Positions 44,701 to 53,529 of a stretch of DNA of 64,000 nucleotides are shown here, in pieces. A program made the translations under genes and the position numbers. The notes below the pieces were generated by a model that searched no databases, was not told the origin of the DNA, and saw only the letters and a program-made list of their open reading frames with translations. This DNA comes from Actinomycetota bacterium (lineage in GTDB: Bacteria; Actinomycetota; Acidimicrobiia; Acidimicrobiales; JAJPHE01): contig DAHUYE010000082.1 in the NCBI GenBank assembly GCA_027315345.1, forward strand, positions 39,919-103,918, given 5' to 3'. The first letter of the stretch is position 1. Every line of letters begins with the position of its first letter.

Positions 44701-45704
44701 GGCCGGGAGCCGGCGCCGCCGGCCGCCGCGCCGCCGTGGGGGAAGAGGCTCTCGAAGCCGTTGCGCTCGATGGAGGTGAACAGGGCCTCGGCGGCCCGGT
44801 CGGCGCCGAAGGGCAGGCGTAGGGCGGGCTGGAGGTGGCGGCAGAGGATGGAGATGTCGTACTCATCGCACAGGCCTGACGCCCCGTGTAGTTGCTGGGT
44901 GGTGCGCAGGACGGACCGGGCTGTCTCCACCGCCTGGAGGCGCAGGGCCAGGGCGTCGGTGATGGCCCGGTCCGGATCGGCCCCCAGCCGCCACAGGGTG
45001 AACCGGGCGGACTCTCTCAGCCCGTCCACGCCCACGGCGCAGTCGGCCAGCTGGAACTGCACGGCCTGGAAGGAGGAGATGGGCTGGCCGAACTGGACCC
45101 GGCCGGTCACATGGGCCACGGCCAGCTCCAGGGCCGACTCCAGGCCCCCCAGGATCGTCCAGGCCGTCAGGGTCAGGTGGAAGGCAGCGTCCACGGTGGC
45201 GCCACCCCCGCCGTCGCCCGCCGCCCCGGCGCCGGCCGGTCCGGCGCCGGCCGGTCCGGCGGCGTCGAGGTCGCCCACGAAGGGCCCCAGCCGGGTGGCC
45301 AGCCGGCCTCCCGAGCGCGCCGTCCCGGGGCGGCCCTCGATGTCGGTCACCCGCCACTGCGGAAAAAGGTCGGCGTGGTCCACCCGCCAGTGGTCACCTT
45401 CGACCACGGCCAGGGGCGGACCGCCTCCCGACCCGCCGCCCAGCAACACCGAGGCGACCGGGTAGGGCAGGGCCACCCGGCCCGCCTCCCGGCAGAGTTC
45501 CCCGGCCGCCGCCGCGCTGACCTCGTCCTCCCGGGGGTCCAGACCGGGGACGCCCAGGCCGGCCAGGACCCCGGCCACCCGGCCGGCCCGCTCCCCCGGA
45601 TCAGCCTCGGCCCGGCGGGCGGCGTCGAAGCCGCCCAGCCCACCCAGCGCGGCGCGCACCGAAACGGCGAAGTCCACCGCCTCCTCCGGCAGCCCCATCT
45701 TCAC
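44697..45704 (-). CDS. Acyl-CoA dehydrogenase C-terminal-domain protein, short beta-type partner
   Basis: GRVQFGQPISSFQAVQFQLAD and QQLHGASGLCDEYDISILCRHL. GTG 45704 overlaps the stop of the alpha-type gene; the alternative is ATG 45698. The ORF-track extension to 46016 was rejected. Confidence 0.7.
   Translation of the reverse strand: MKMGLPEEAVDFAVSVRAALGGLGGFDAARRAEADPGERAGRVAGVLAGLGVPGLDPREDEVSAAAAGELCREAGRVALPYPVASVLLGGGSGGGPPLAVVEGDHWRVDHADLFPQWRVTDIEGRPGTARSGGRLATRLGPFVGDLDAAGPAGAGPAGAGAAGDGGGGATVDAAFHLTLTAWTILGGLESALELAVAHVTGRVQFGQPISSFQAVQFQLADCAVGVDGLRESARFTLWRLGADPDRAITDALALRLQAVETARSVLRTTQQLHGASGLCDEYDISILCRHLQPALRLPFGADRAAEALFTSIERNGFESLFPHGGAAAGGAGSRP
45226..45262. repeat. 15-bp tandem repeat (CCGGCGCCGGCCGGT)x2.5 inside the short beta-type ACAD gene
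   Basis: Read directly. It encodes AGPAGAGPAGAG on the minus strand. Confidence 0.9.
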
Positions 45705-46879
45705 CGCGAGCCCCCCAACAGGGCCCGGGAGACGATCATGCGCTGGATCTCGATGGTGCCCGAGGCCACCGTGGCCGCCTGGGCGTAACGCCAGTGATCT
45801 TCGATGGCGCCGTGCAGCGGCCCCGGGGGGCCGGCCTCCAGGCTGCGCTCGCCCACGGCCTGGAACAGGGTCTCGGCCACCTGCTGGTCGCACTGGGTGA
45901 CGGCCAGGCGGGCGGCGCTGGCGGTGGCGTCGCTGGGACTGCCGGCCTCGGCCTCGGCCACGGCCCGGTAGGCCAAGAGCCGGGCCGTCCGCACCGCCAC
46001 CAGGGCCCGGGCCCACTGGGCGCGCAGGTGAGAGGGGATGCCGCCCTGGGCGGCCATCTCCTCGCCCAGGGCGGACAGGAGGCGGTCGCAGCGGGCGTAG
46101 CGGGCGATGCCGACCCGCTCGTGGGCCAGGGCCCGGCGGATGACGCCCCAGCCTTCGCCCACCCCGCCCAGGACCTCGTCCGGCTCGGCCCGGACCTCAT
46201 CGAAGAAAACCTCGTTGAGATGGTGGCGTCCCAACATGCTCTTGATGGGCCGCACCGTGATCCCGGGCCGGTCCATCGGGATCAGGAAGATGGTGATGCC
46301 CTCGTGCTTGCGCGGCCCCGGCGCTCCGACCCGGGCGGCCAGGACACACCACTGGGCCATCTCGGCGTAGGAGGTCCATATCTTCTGGCCGTTGATGCGC
46401 CAGCCCTCCCCGTCCGGCTCGGCCCGGGTGGTGAGCGAAGCCAGGTCGGAACCGGCGTCGGGTTCGGAGAAGCCCTGGCACCAGATGACCCGGCCCTGGG
46501 CGATGGGGGGCAGAAACTGTTCCTTCTGGGCGTCAGTGCCGAAGGCCATCACCGCCGGCCCCACCCAGTTGAGGCCCATGTACTGGGCGCCGCGGGGCTC
46601 GTGATGGGCCCACATCTCCTCCCTGACCACCGTCTGCTCCCAGACCGAGCCCCCCGCCCCGCCGTACTCCTCGGGCCAGGCCACCGTCAGCAGGCCCTCC
46701 TCGGCCAGGCGGCGGCAGAAGCGCTGGGCGATCTCCAGGTCGGCCGGGTCCTCGCTGAAGGCGCCCAGGTAACCCTCGGGAATCTCCTGGGCGATCAGCT
46801 CCCGGAGCCGGGTCCGCAGTTCGGCGGCCCGATCCCCGAAGTCGTAGTCCACGGTCCGGGGATCATAGGGTCGGGTCAT
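45701..46879 (-). CDS. Acyl-CoA dehydrogenase, alpha-type subunit
   Basis: VIWCQGFSEPDAGSDLAS, INGQKIWTSYA, VASGTIEIQRMIVS. The longest start, ATG 46879, overlaps the divergent ATG 46878. The alternative is GTG at 46852 (VDYDFGDRAAEL). Confidence 0.85.
   Translation of the reverse strand: MTRPYDPRTVDYDFGDRAAELRTRLRELIAQEIPEGYLGAFSEDPADLEIAQRFCRRLAEEGLLTVAWPEEYGGAGGSVWEQTVVREEMWAHHEPRGAQYMGLNWVGPAVMAFGTDAQKEQFLPPIAQGRVIWCQGFSEPDAGSDLASLTTRAEPDGEGWRINGQKIWTSYAEMAQWCVLAARVGAPGPRKHEGITIFLIPMDRPGITVRPIKSMLGRHHLNEVFFDEVRAEPDEVLGGVGEGWGVIRRALAHERVGIARYARCDRLLSALGEEMAAQGGIPSHLRAQWARALVAVRTARLLAYRAVAEAEAGSPSDATASAARLAVTQCDQQVAETLFQAVGERSLEAGPPGPLHGAIEDHWRYAQAATVASGTIEIQRMIVSRALLGGSR
46862..46871. promoter_or_regulatory. 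Back-to-back -10 hexamers sharing a central TA (ATCATAGGGT): TAGGGT on + and TATGAT on -
   Basis: TAGGGT ends 6 nt before the A of ATG 46878. TATGAT (minus strand) predicts a TSS near 46855, 3 nt before GTG 46852. Same ANNNTANNNT layout as 31820-31829. Confidence 0.35.
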
Positions 46880-48440
46880 GCGGATTCCCCAACACGGGGC
46901 GACCGTCGGTCAGGTGCTGGATCCGGTGCTGGCCGAGGCCCCGGATCGCCAGGCGCTGGTCACCGCCAGCGGGAGCTGGACCTACGCCGAGCTGGACCGG
47001 GCCTGCCATGCCGCCGCCGCCGCTCTGACCGAATTGGGGGTCCGCCCCGGGGACCGGGTGGCGGCCTGCCTGCCCAACGACGTAGACGTGATCAGCGCCT
47101 TTCACGGGGCCATGCGCATCGGCGCCATCTGGGTCGGCATCAACCGGGCCCTGGCCCCGCCCGAGAAGAGCTTCATCCTCAGCGACGCCTCGGCGTCGGT
47201 TGTGCTGGCCGATCGATCGACTCTCGACGAACTCGCCCCCCTCCGCCCCGATCTGGCCGAGGTGCGCCACTGGCTGGACGTGACCGGAGCTACCTGGCGC
47301 GACGCCGTGTCCGCCGGTGCTTCGACGGCGGCATCGGCGGCGTCGGCAGCGGGCCCGGGCGCCGGGCGGGCCCGGATCGACCCCCACGCCCCGGCCGCCA
47401 TCGCCTACACCAGCGGGACCACCGGTCATCCCAAAGGGGCGGTGCACAGCCAGCACAACCTGGTCGTGCCCGGGGCGGCGGTGGTGGCCAGCCGGGGCTA
47501 CGGGCCTGATCTGCGCAAGGGCGACTGTCTGCCCCTCACCATCCTCAACATGCTCGTCCTCACCACCCTGCTGGTGGCCCAGGCCGGGGGCACCTGCATC
47601 GTGATGGACAAGGTGGAGGCGGCCAGCGTGGCCGACTGGATCCGCCGGGAGCGGGTCACCACCTGGAACGGCGTGCCCGCTCTGCTGCACACCATGGCCC
47701 ATGAGGACTCCATCCCGGCCGACGCCTTGGCCAGCCTGGACGAGTTGTGGGTGGGTGGGGCCGACTGCCCCGAGTCGCTGCGCCGGGCCGTGGCGGACAA
47801 GTTCGGCCTGGCCCTGACCCACACCTACGGCCTGACCGAGGCCCCGACCATCGTCACCATCGACCCCCGGCCCACCGGAGCCGACCCCCACCGGCCCGGC
47901 GCCAGCGGGGTCGCCCTTCCCCACCTGAGCGTGCGGATCCAGCCCGGGGCGGGGGAGATCTGTTTCGCCGCCGTCACCGAGGGTCCCTGGGCGGGCGTCT
48001 ATACGCCGCCGCTGGGCTATTGGGAGCGCCCCGACTCCTCGGACGAGCTGCTGGCCGGCGGGGTGGTGCACACCGGAGACATCGGAGTGATCGACGCCGA
48101 CGGGTACCTGTCGGTGCGGGACCGGAAGAACCAACTCATCCTGCGGGGCGGGGCCAACGTGTACCCGGCCGAGGTGGAGCGGGTGCTGCTGGCCCTGCCC
48201 CAGGTGGAAGCGGCCGCCGTGGTCGGTCTGCCCGATGAGCGGCTGGGCCAGCGGGTGGCGGCGGCCGTGCAGCCGGCGGCGGGAGTCACCGTCAGGCCCG
48301 AGGAGCTGGCCGCCGCCTGCGCCTCCGAGCTGGCCCGCTACAAGGTGCCCGAGCGCTGGGTCCTGGTCGGATCCTTCGTCCGCAACTCCATGGGCAAGAT
48401 CGACCGGCGGGCCCTGGCCGACCTCTTCCCCGTACTATGA
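46878..48440 (+). CDS. AMP-dependent acyl-CoA synthetase/ligase
   Basis: IAYTSGTTGHPKG, HTYGLTEA, VHTGDIGVIDADGYLSVRDRK, NSMGKIDRR. Confidence 0.85.
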   Translation: MRIPQHGATVGQVLDPVLAEAPDRQALVTASGSWTYAELDRACHAAAAALTELGVRPGDRVAACLPNDVDVISAFHGAMRIGAIWVGINRALAPPEKSFILSDASASVVLADRSTLDELAPLRPDLAEVRHWLDVTGATWRDAVSAGASTAASAASAAGPGAGRARIDPHAPAAIAYTSGTTGHPKGAVHSQHNLVVPGAAVVASRGYGPDLRKGDCLPLTILNMLVLTTLLVAQAGGTCIVMDKVEAASVADWIRRERVTTWNGVPALLHTMAHEDSIPADALASLDELWVGGADCPESLRRAVADKFGLALTHTYGLTEAPTIVTIDPRPTGADPHRPGASGVALPHLSVRIQPGAGEICFAAVTEGPWAGVYTPPLGYWERPDSSDELLAGGVVHTGDIGVIDADGYLSVRDRKNQLILRGGANVYPAEVERVLLALPQVEAAAVVGLPDERLGQRVAAAVQPAAGVTVRPEELAAACASELARYKVPERWVLVGSFVRNSMGKIDRRALADLFPVL

Positions 48441-49687
48441 CGCCCACGTCATATTCGGAGGGCGGGGTGGCGAGATCGATAAACGGGGCGGTGCTTCCAG
48501 ACGCCCCCGACCTGGCCCGGATGCGCATCGAGCGCCACGCCCGGCTGCAGGCCCAGATGGCGGCGGCGGGCGTCGACGCCCTGTTGCTGCTGGGCACCAA
48601 CCCGGTCGCCTACGCCACCGGGGCCGAGACTCCCGGGGCCGACAGCGGCCGGGCCGGGCTGATGCGTCCGGTGGCCCTGGTGGGGGCCGGGGACACCCAG
48701 GCCCACCTCTTCACGTCCTACCCCGAGGGGGCGCCGGCCGACCTGGCCGAGGACCACCTCCACCCCGCCCTCTACCCCGAGCTGCCCGACGGGGCCGCCC
48801 TGGCCGCGGACGCACTGGCGGGCCTGGTGCCGGCCGGCGCCCGCCTGGCCGTGGACGAACTGCCCCACCCCTTGGCCGCCGCCCTGGGCTATTACGAGAC
48901 CACCGGCGCCTCCGGAGTGCTCGGCCCGGCCCGGCTGGTCAAGACCGCTGATGAGCTGGCCTGCATCCGGGGGGCCCAGCGGATCAACGAGTCGGCCATG
49001 GCCCGGGTCCAGCCCCGGCTCCGGCCGGGCGTGCGTCAGAACGATCTGAGCGCCTGGTTCCTGGAGGCCATCTTCGATCTGGGGGCCACCGGCAACGGCA
49101 TCGATCCCATCTGGCAGGTGATGCCCGACTGCCGGGGCGACGGGCCCTGGACGACCCATGGGGATGTCGCCTTCCCCACCGCCAGCTTCGATCGCATCCT
49201 CCGCGCCGGCGAAGTCATCTGGGTGGACACCGGCATCGACTGGCACGGATACGCCTCCGACTTCGGCCGCACCTGGCTGGTCGATCCCCTGGCCCCCCCT
49301 TCGGCCCGGCAGGCGGCCCAGTTCCGCCGCTGGGACGAGGTGATGGCGGCGGTGCTGTCCATCCTCAAGCCCGGGGTCACCGCCCTGGAGCTGGGCCGGG
49401 CCGCCATCGACGCCAACGGCGGGACCCGGCCGTGGATCGAGCACTTCTACCTGGCCCACGGGGTGGGAACCGAGAGCGCGGAGATGCCCATGATCGGCAC
49501 CGACCTGGGCGACGCCTTCGATGACCGCATGGTGATGCAGCCCGGCATGGTGCTGGTGCTGGAACCGGTGATCTGGGACGAGGGGGCGGGGGGCTATCGA
49601 TCCGAGGACATTTTCGCCGTCACCGACGACGGGTGGGTGGCCCTCTCCGATCATCCCTACGACCCCTACGGGGAGCGGTCGTGGTGA
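48437..49687 (+). CDS. M24 family metallohydrolase (creatinase/prolidase/Xaa-Pro aminopeptidase fold), metal ligands intact
   Basis: VIWVDTGIDWHGYASDFGRTW (Asp, Asp), LAHGVGTES (His), VLVLEPVIW (Glu), YRSEDIFAVT (Glu). ATGA overlap with the ligase. Confidence 0.8.
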   Translation: MTPTSYSEGGVARSINGAVLPDAPDLARMRIERHARLQAQMAAAGVDALLLLGTNPVAYATGAETPGADSGRAGLMRPVALVGAGDTQAHLFTSYPEGAPADLAEDHLHPALYPELPDGAALAADALAGLVPAGARLAVDELPHPLAAALGYYETTGASGVLGPARLVKTADELACIRGAQRINESAMARVQPRLRPGVRQNDLSAWFLEAIFDLGATGNGIDPIWQVMPDCRGDGPWTTHGDVAFPTASFDRILRAGEVIWVDTGIDWHGYASDFGRTWLVDPLAPPSARQAAQFRRWDEVMAAVLSILKPGVTALELGRAAIDANGGTRPWIEHFYLAHGVGTESAEMPMIGTDLGDAFDDRMVMQPGMVLVLEPVIWDEGAGGYRSEDIFAVTDDGWVALSDHPYDPYGERSW

Positions 49688-50907
49688 TCACGGCCGGACC
49701 CGGGGCGGCGGCCCTGCCCGAGGGGGGCCGGGTCGACTTCGCCCGCCTGCGCCGGGAGCGCCGGGCCCGGCTGCTGGAGGCCATGGGCGAGGCCGGCCTG
49801 GACGCCCTGGTCCTGGGCCGGCCGGCCAACATCACCTACGCCTCCGGGGCCCGTCAGCTCTGGACGGCCGGGGCGCGTCCCTTCGGACCCGGGGCGGTGG
49901 TCATGGCCGGTTCGGGTGAGGTTCACCTCCTCTCCACCTGGGACGACGGGGTGCCCGAGGAGATCTCCCATGACCATCTCTTCGGCCTTTCATGGAACCC
50001 GGGCCGCATAGCCGCCAACCTGGCCGCCATCCCCGGCATGGCCTCGGCCGCCCGGATCGGCACCGACGGCTGGAGCCCGGGAGCGGGTTCGCTGATCACT
50101 TCGGTGGCGGCCGGAGCCGAAGTGGTCGACGCCGGGCCGGCCCTGGCCGCGGCCCGCGGGACCAAGACGGGGGACGAACTGGCCTGCCTGCGCACCGCCG
50201 CCGCCGCCGCCGAAGCCGGCATGACCGCGCTGGTGGAAGCCCTGCGCCCGGGCGTCACCGAACGCCAGCTGATGGGCGTCCGCGCCGCCGCCATGGCCCG
50301 GTTGGGCCTGCCCACCCCGCCCATGGAGGCGGCCGCCTGCGTCCTCGGCAGTGGTGATGAGGCCGCTGGTGGCGGCCACGCTGGCGCCGGGGGCGGCGCC
50401 GGCGGGACCCCGGTCCGCCTACGCCGGCTGGTGTCGGACCGGGCCGCCGGGGCCGGGGACATGGTGGCCCTGACCGCCGGCGCCCTCTACGCCGGCTACG
50501 AGGCGACCCTGTCGCGGACCTGGCTGGTCGGACCGGAGGCCGGGAGCGCCGGCTCGGCGTCGGCCGGGCAGAGAGAGATGGCAGCCCGGGCCCGGGCCCT
50601 CTGCGATGAGCGGGTGGCCGCCTGCCGGCCCGGACCGGTTTCGGGCCGGTTGGGACCGCACGAGTGGGCGGGCTCCGAGCCGGTGGCCTGGGGGGTGGGC
50701 CTGGGCATGGAACCGCCGCTGTTGGGGGCCGGGCTCGGAGCCGGGACGGTGCTGGCGGCCGGGATGACCCTGGTGGTGCAGGCCTGGGCCGAGGGCGGGC
50801 CGGGCGGGGCGGGGGGCGCCCTGGAGGCCGATGCCGTCCTGGTCGGAGCGGAGGGCCCGGAGCGCCTGACCCGGTTCGCCTCCTGTCCGGCCCTGAGGCC
50901 GAACTGA
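49684..50907 (+). CDS. M24-fold paralogue with substituted metal ligands (probable pseudoenzyme)
   Basis: Same creatinase-N plus pita-bread layout (LDALVLGRPANITYASG; TGDELACLRTAAAAAE). Ligand positions read MVALTAGALYAGYEATLSRTW, VAWGVGLGMEPP, TLVVQAWAE. GTG 49684 (or 49681) overlaps the upstream stop. Confidence 0.7.
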   Translation: MITAGPGAAALPEGGRVDFARLRRERRARLLEAMGEAGLDALVLGRPANITYASGARQLWTAGARPFGPGAVVMAGSGEVHLLSTWDDGVPEEISHDHLFGLSWNPGRIAANLAAIPGMASAARIGTDGWSPGAGSLITSVAAGAEVVDAGPALAAARGTKTGDELACLRTAAAAAEAGMTALVEALRPGVTERQLMGVRAAAMARLGLPTPPMEAAACVLGSGDEAAGGGHAGAGGGAGGTPVRLRRLVSDRAAGAGDMVALTAGALYAGYEATLSRTWLVGPEAGSAGSASAGQREMAARARALCDERVAACRPGPVSGRLGPHEWAGSEPVAWGVGLGMEPPLLGAGLGAGTVLAAGMTLVVQAWAEGGPGGAGGALEADAVLVGAEGPERLTRFASCPALRPN

Positions 50908-50939
50908 TTGATTGACCCGAAGCTGACGAGGGGGAGCCC

Positions 50940-52658
50940 GTGCTCGATCTGGTGATCAAAGGCGGAACGGTGCTGGACGGGACCGGAGCTCCGGCCCGTA
51001 CCGCCGACGTGGGTATCCGGGACGGGGCGGTGGTCTCCATCGGGGACGTGGATGAGCCGGCCCGGTCCAGCCTCGATGCCGGCGGTCTGATGGTGGCCCC
51101 TGGCTTCGTGGACCTGCACACCCACTACGACGCCCAGCTGGCCTGGGACCCCTCGGCCAGCCCTTCGCCCCTGCACGGGGTTACCACCGTGCTGGGAGGC
51201 AACTGCGGCTTCAGCCTGGCGCCGTCGGGCCCGGAGCACGCCGATTATTTGATGCGGCTGATGGCCCGGGTGGAGGGCATGCCCCTGGCCGCGCTGGAGA
51301 AGGGCCTGGCCTGGGACTGGCGCAGCTTCGGGGATTGGATGGACCGGCTGGAGGGCCGCATCGGGGTGAACGCCGGCTTCCTGGTCGGGCATTCGACCCT
51401 GCGCCGGGTGGTGATGGGCGACGCCGCCAGCGAGGGGGCCCCGGCCGGGGAGAAGGACGTGGCCGCCATGGTGGCCGAACTGCACGCCGCCATCGAGTCC
51501 GGCGCCATGGGCTTTTCCACTTCACAGGCCCACACCCACCACGACGGCTCCGGCGCCCCCGTGCCGTCGCGCTCCTCCGACGCCGCCGAGATGCTGGCCC
51601 TGGCCGCCGCCATCCGGGATCACGAGGGAACCACTCTGGAGCTGATCCTGCCCGGGTGCCTGAACGGCTTCAACGATGACGAGATCGAGCTGATGGCCTC
51701 TCTTTCGGTGGCGGCCCGGCGCCCGGCCAACTGGAACGTCCTGGCCGTGACGTCCATGGATCCCGATGGCTGGCGCCGCCAGCTGGAGGCGTCCACCCGG
51801 GCCGCCGAGAGGGGTGGCCGGGTGGTGGCCCTGACCCTGCCCTACGGGATGAGCATCCGCCTGTCCTTCCTCACCGGCACCGTCATCGACGGCCTGCCCG
51901 GCTGGGGGCCGATCCTCGGCCTGCCGGTGGAGGAGCGACTACGGGCCCTGTCCGATCCCGAGGTCCGCCGCCGGATGGCCGAAGGGGCCGCTTCCCCCGA
52001 GGCCGGGGTGCTCGGGTACCTGGCCCGGTGGCACCGCCTGGAGATCCTGGAGACGTTCAGTCCCGTCAACGATGGCCTGGAGGGCCGGCGGGTGTCCGAC
52101 ATCGCCAAGGAACGGGGCCAGGACGCCTTCGACACCCTGCTCGACATCGTGGTGGCCGACGGTCTCCGGACCGGCCTGCGCCCGCCGATGCCCCAGGCCA
52201 CCGAGGAGGACTGGCGGTTGCGGGCCGAATCGTGGCGGGATCCGCGCACGGTGGTGGGGGGCAGCGACGCCGGCGCCCACCTCGACATGATGTGCGGGGC
52301 TGTCTACAGCACGTCGCTGCTGGCCAGCGTCCGGGATCACGGCACCGTCTCCTGGGAGGAGGCTGTCCAGCAGCTGAGCGACGTTCCGGCTCGCCTGTAC
52401 GGGCTGCGCGGCCGGGGCCGGCTGGCCGAGGGCTGGGCCGCCGACGTCGTCCTGTTCGACCCGGACCGGGTGGCGCCGGGCAAGGAGCGCACCGTGGAGG
52501 ACCTGCCCGGCGGGGCCTGGCGCCTCTACGCCGGGGCCGAGGGGGTCGAACACGTGCTGGTCAACGGGACGGCCGTGGTGAAGGAGGGTGTGGCCACCGG
52601 CGCCGTGCCCGGATCGCTGCTCAGATCAGGGCGCGACACCGAGACGGTCCTGCCCTGA
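50940..52658 (+). CDS. N-acyl-D-amino-acid deacylase (D-aminoacylase)-like amidohydrolase
   Basis: LVIKGGTVLDGTG...IRDGAVVSIGD, APGFVDLHTHYD, TTVLGGNCG. GTG preceded by GAGGGGGAG. Confidence 0.8.
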   Translation: MLDLVIKGGTVLDGTGAPARTADVGIRDGAVVSIGDVDEPARSSLDAGGLMVAPGFVDLHTHYDAQLAWDPSASPSPLHGVTTVLGGNCGFSLAPSGPEHADYLMRLMARVEGMPLAALEKGLAWDWRSFGDWMDRLEGRIGVNAGFLVGHSTLRRVVMGDAASEGAPAGEKDVAAMVAELHAAIESGAMGFSTSQAHTHHDGSGAPVPSRSSDAAEMLALAAAIRDHEGTTLELILPGCLNGFNDDEIELMASLSVAARRPANWNVLAVTSMDPDGWRRQLEASTRAAERGGRVVALTLPYGMSIRLSFLTGTVIDGLPGWGPILGLPVEERLRALSDPEVRRRMAEGAASPEAGVLGYLARWHRLEILETFSPVNDGLEGRRVSDIAKERGQDAFDTLLDIVVADGLRTGLRPPMPQATEEDWRLRAESWRDPRTVVGGSDAGAHLDMMCGAVYSTSLLASVRDHGTVSWEEAVQQLSDVPARLYGLRGRGRLAEGWAADVVLFDPDRVAPGKERTVEDLPGGAWRLYAGAEGVEHVLVNGTAVVKEGVATGAVPGSLLRSGRDTETVLP

Positions 52659-52677
52659 GCGGGACGGAGGAGGCCCC

Positions 52678-53481
52678 ATGCCCGGAACCGTGATCCGTGA
52701 CCAGCCCAAGGCGGGCGTAGCGGTGCTTACCCTCAACCGGCCCGACCGGCTCAACGCCATGAGCCACGAGCTGCTCTCGGATCTGCACGCCGCCCTGGAC
52801 GACATAAAAGCCGATCGTTCCGTCCGGGTGGTGATCCTGACCGGCGCCGGCCGGGGCTTCTGCGCCGGGCTGGACCTGCAGTCAGGCGCCCGCGTTCCGG
52901 GCACCGAGGATCTGGGTTCGACCCAGGCCGGCTTTGCCACCCAGCAGTTCATCGCCTCGCTGGTGCCCAAGTTGCGCTCCATGCGCCAGCCGGTCATAGC
53001 GGCCGTCAACGGTCCCGCCGCCGGGGGCGGATTGGCCCTGGCCCTGGCTTCCGACGTCAGGCTGGCGGCGAAGTCGGCCCGCTTCAACGTGGCCTTCGTC
53101 CGGCTGGGTGTTTCGGGCTGCGACATCGGGGTCAGCTGGCTGCTGCCCCGCCTGATCGGGGCCTCGGCCGCCTTCGAGCTGATGTTGACGGGACGCATCA
53201 TCCCGGCCGATGAGGCCCTGCGCATCCACATCGTGAGTCGGGTGGTGCCGGATGGTCAGGTCCTCGACGCGGCTTTGGAAGTAGCCGATGAGATCATTGC
53301 CAACAGCCCCATGGGGGTGTGGATGACCAAGGAGGTGATGTGGAGCCAACTGGAGATCGGATCGCTGCAGGCCGGCATCGACCTGGAGAACCGGACCCAG
53401 ATCATGTGCTCCACCACCGGTGAGTTGGCCGAGGCCATGGCCGCCTTCGTGGAGAAGAGGCCGGCCCAATTCCACACCTGA
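52678..53481 (+). CDS. Enoyl-CoA hydratase/isomerase family protein
   Basis: VAVLTLNRPDRLNAM, VVILTGAGRGFCAGLDL, VIAAVNGPAAGGGLALALASDVRLAA. ATG 52678 preceded by GGAGGAGG. Confidence 0.85.
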   Translation: MPGTVIRDQPKAGVAVLTLNRPDRLNAMSHELLSDLHAALDDIKADRSVRVVILTGAGRGFCAGLDLQSGARVPGTEDLGSTQAGFATQQFIASLVPKLRSMRQPVIAAVNGPAAGGGLALALASDVRLAAKSARFNVAFVRLGVSGCDIGVSWLLPRLIGASAAFELMLTGRIIPADEALRIHIVSRVVPDGQVLDAALEVADEIIANSPMGVWMTKEVMWSQLEIGSLQAGIDLENRTQIMCSTTGELAEAMAAFVEKRPAQFHT

Positions 53482-53489
53482 TCCCAGGC

Positions 53490-53508
53490 CCCCGGCCGCA
53501 AGCCGGGG
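53490..53508 (+). terminator. GC hairpin CCCCGGC-CGCAA-GCCGGGG after the crotonase gene
   Basis: Perfect 7-bp stem with a 5-nt loop, 9 nt after the stop. No U-tract. Confidence 0.3.
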
Positions 53509-53529
53509 ACCGGGGGGGATAATGGAGGC

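Noticed and set aside
43369-45465. 698-aa plus-strand ORF
   Set aside because: It is antisense to the acyl-CoA ligase and beta-type ACAD genes. It has shadow composition.
46877-46880. Both divergent genes starting within the CATG tetranucleotide
   Set aside because: Overlapping divergent start codons leave no promoter or leader for either gene. A downstream GTG (46852) with a fitting -10 box is a more plausible start for the minus-strand ACAD. I kept the longest ORF in the feature table and flagged the alternative.
49684-50907. Second M24 gene as a pseudogene
   Set aside because: The reading frame is intact over 407 codons. It has native codon bias and is translationally coupled to its neighbour. 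Loss of metal ligands alone indicates a pseudoenzyme, not a pseudogene.
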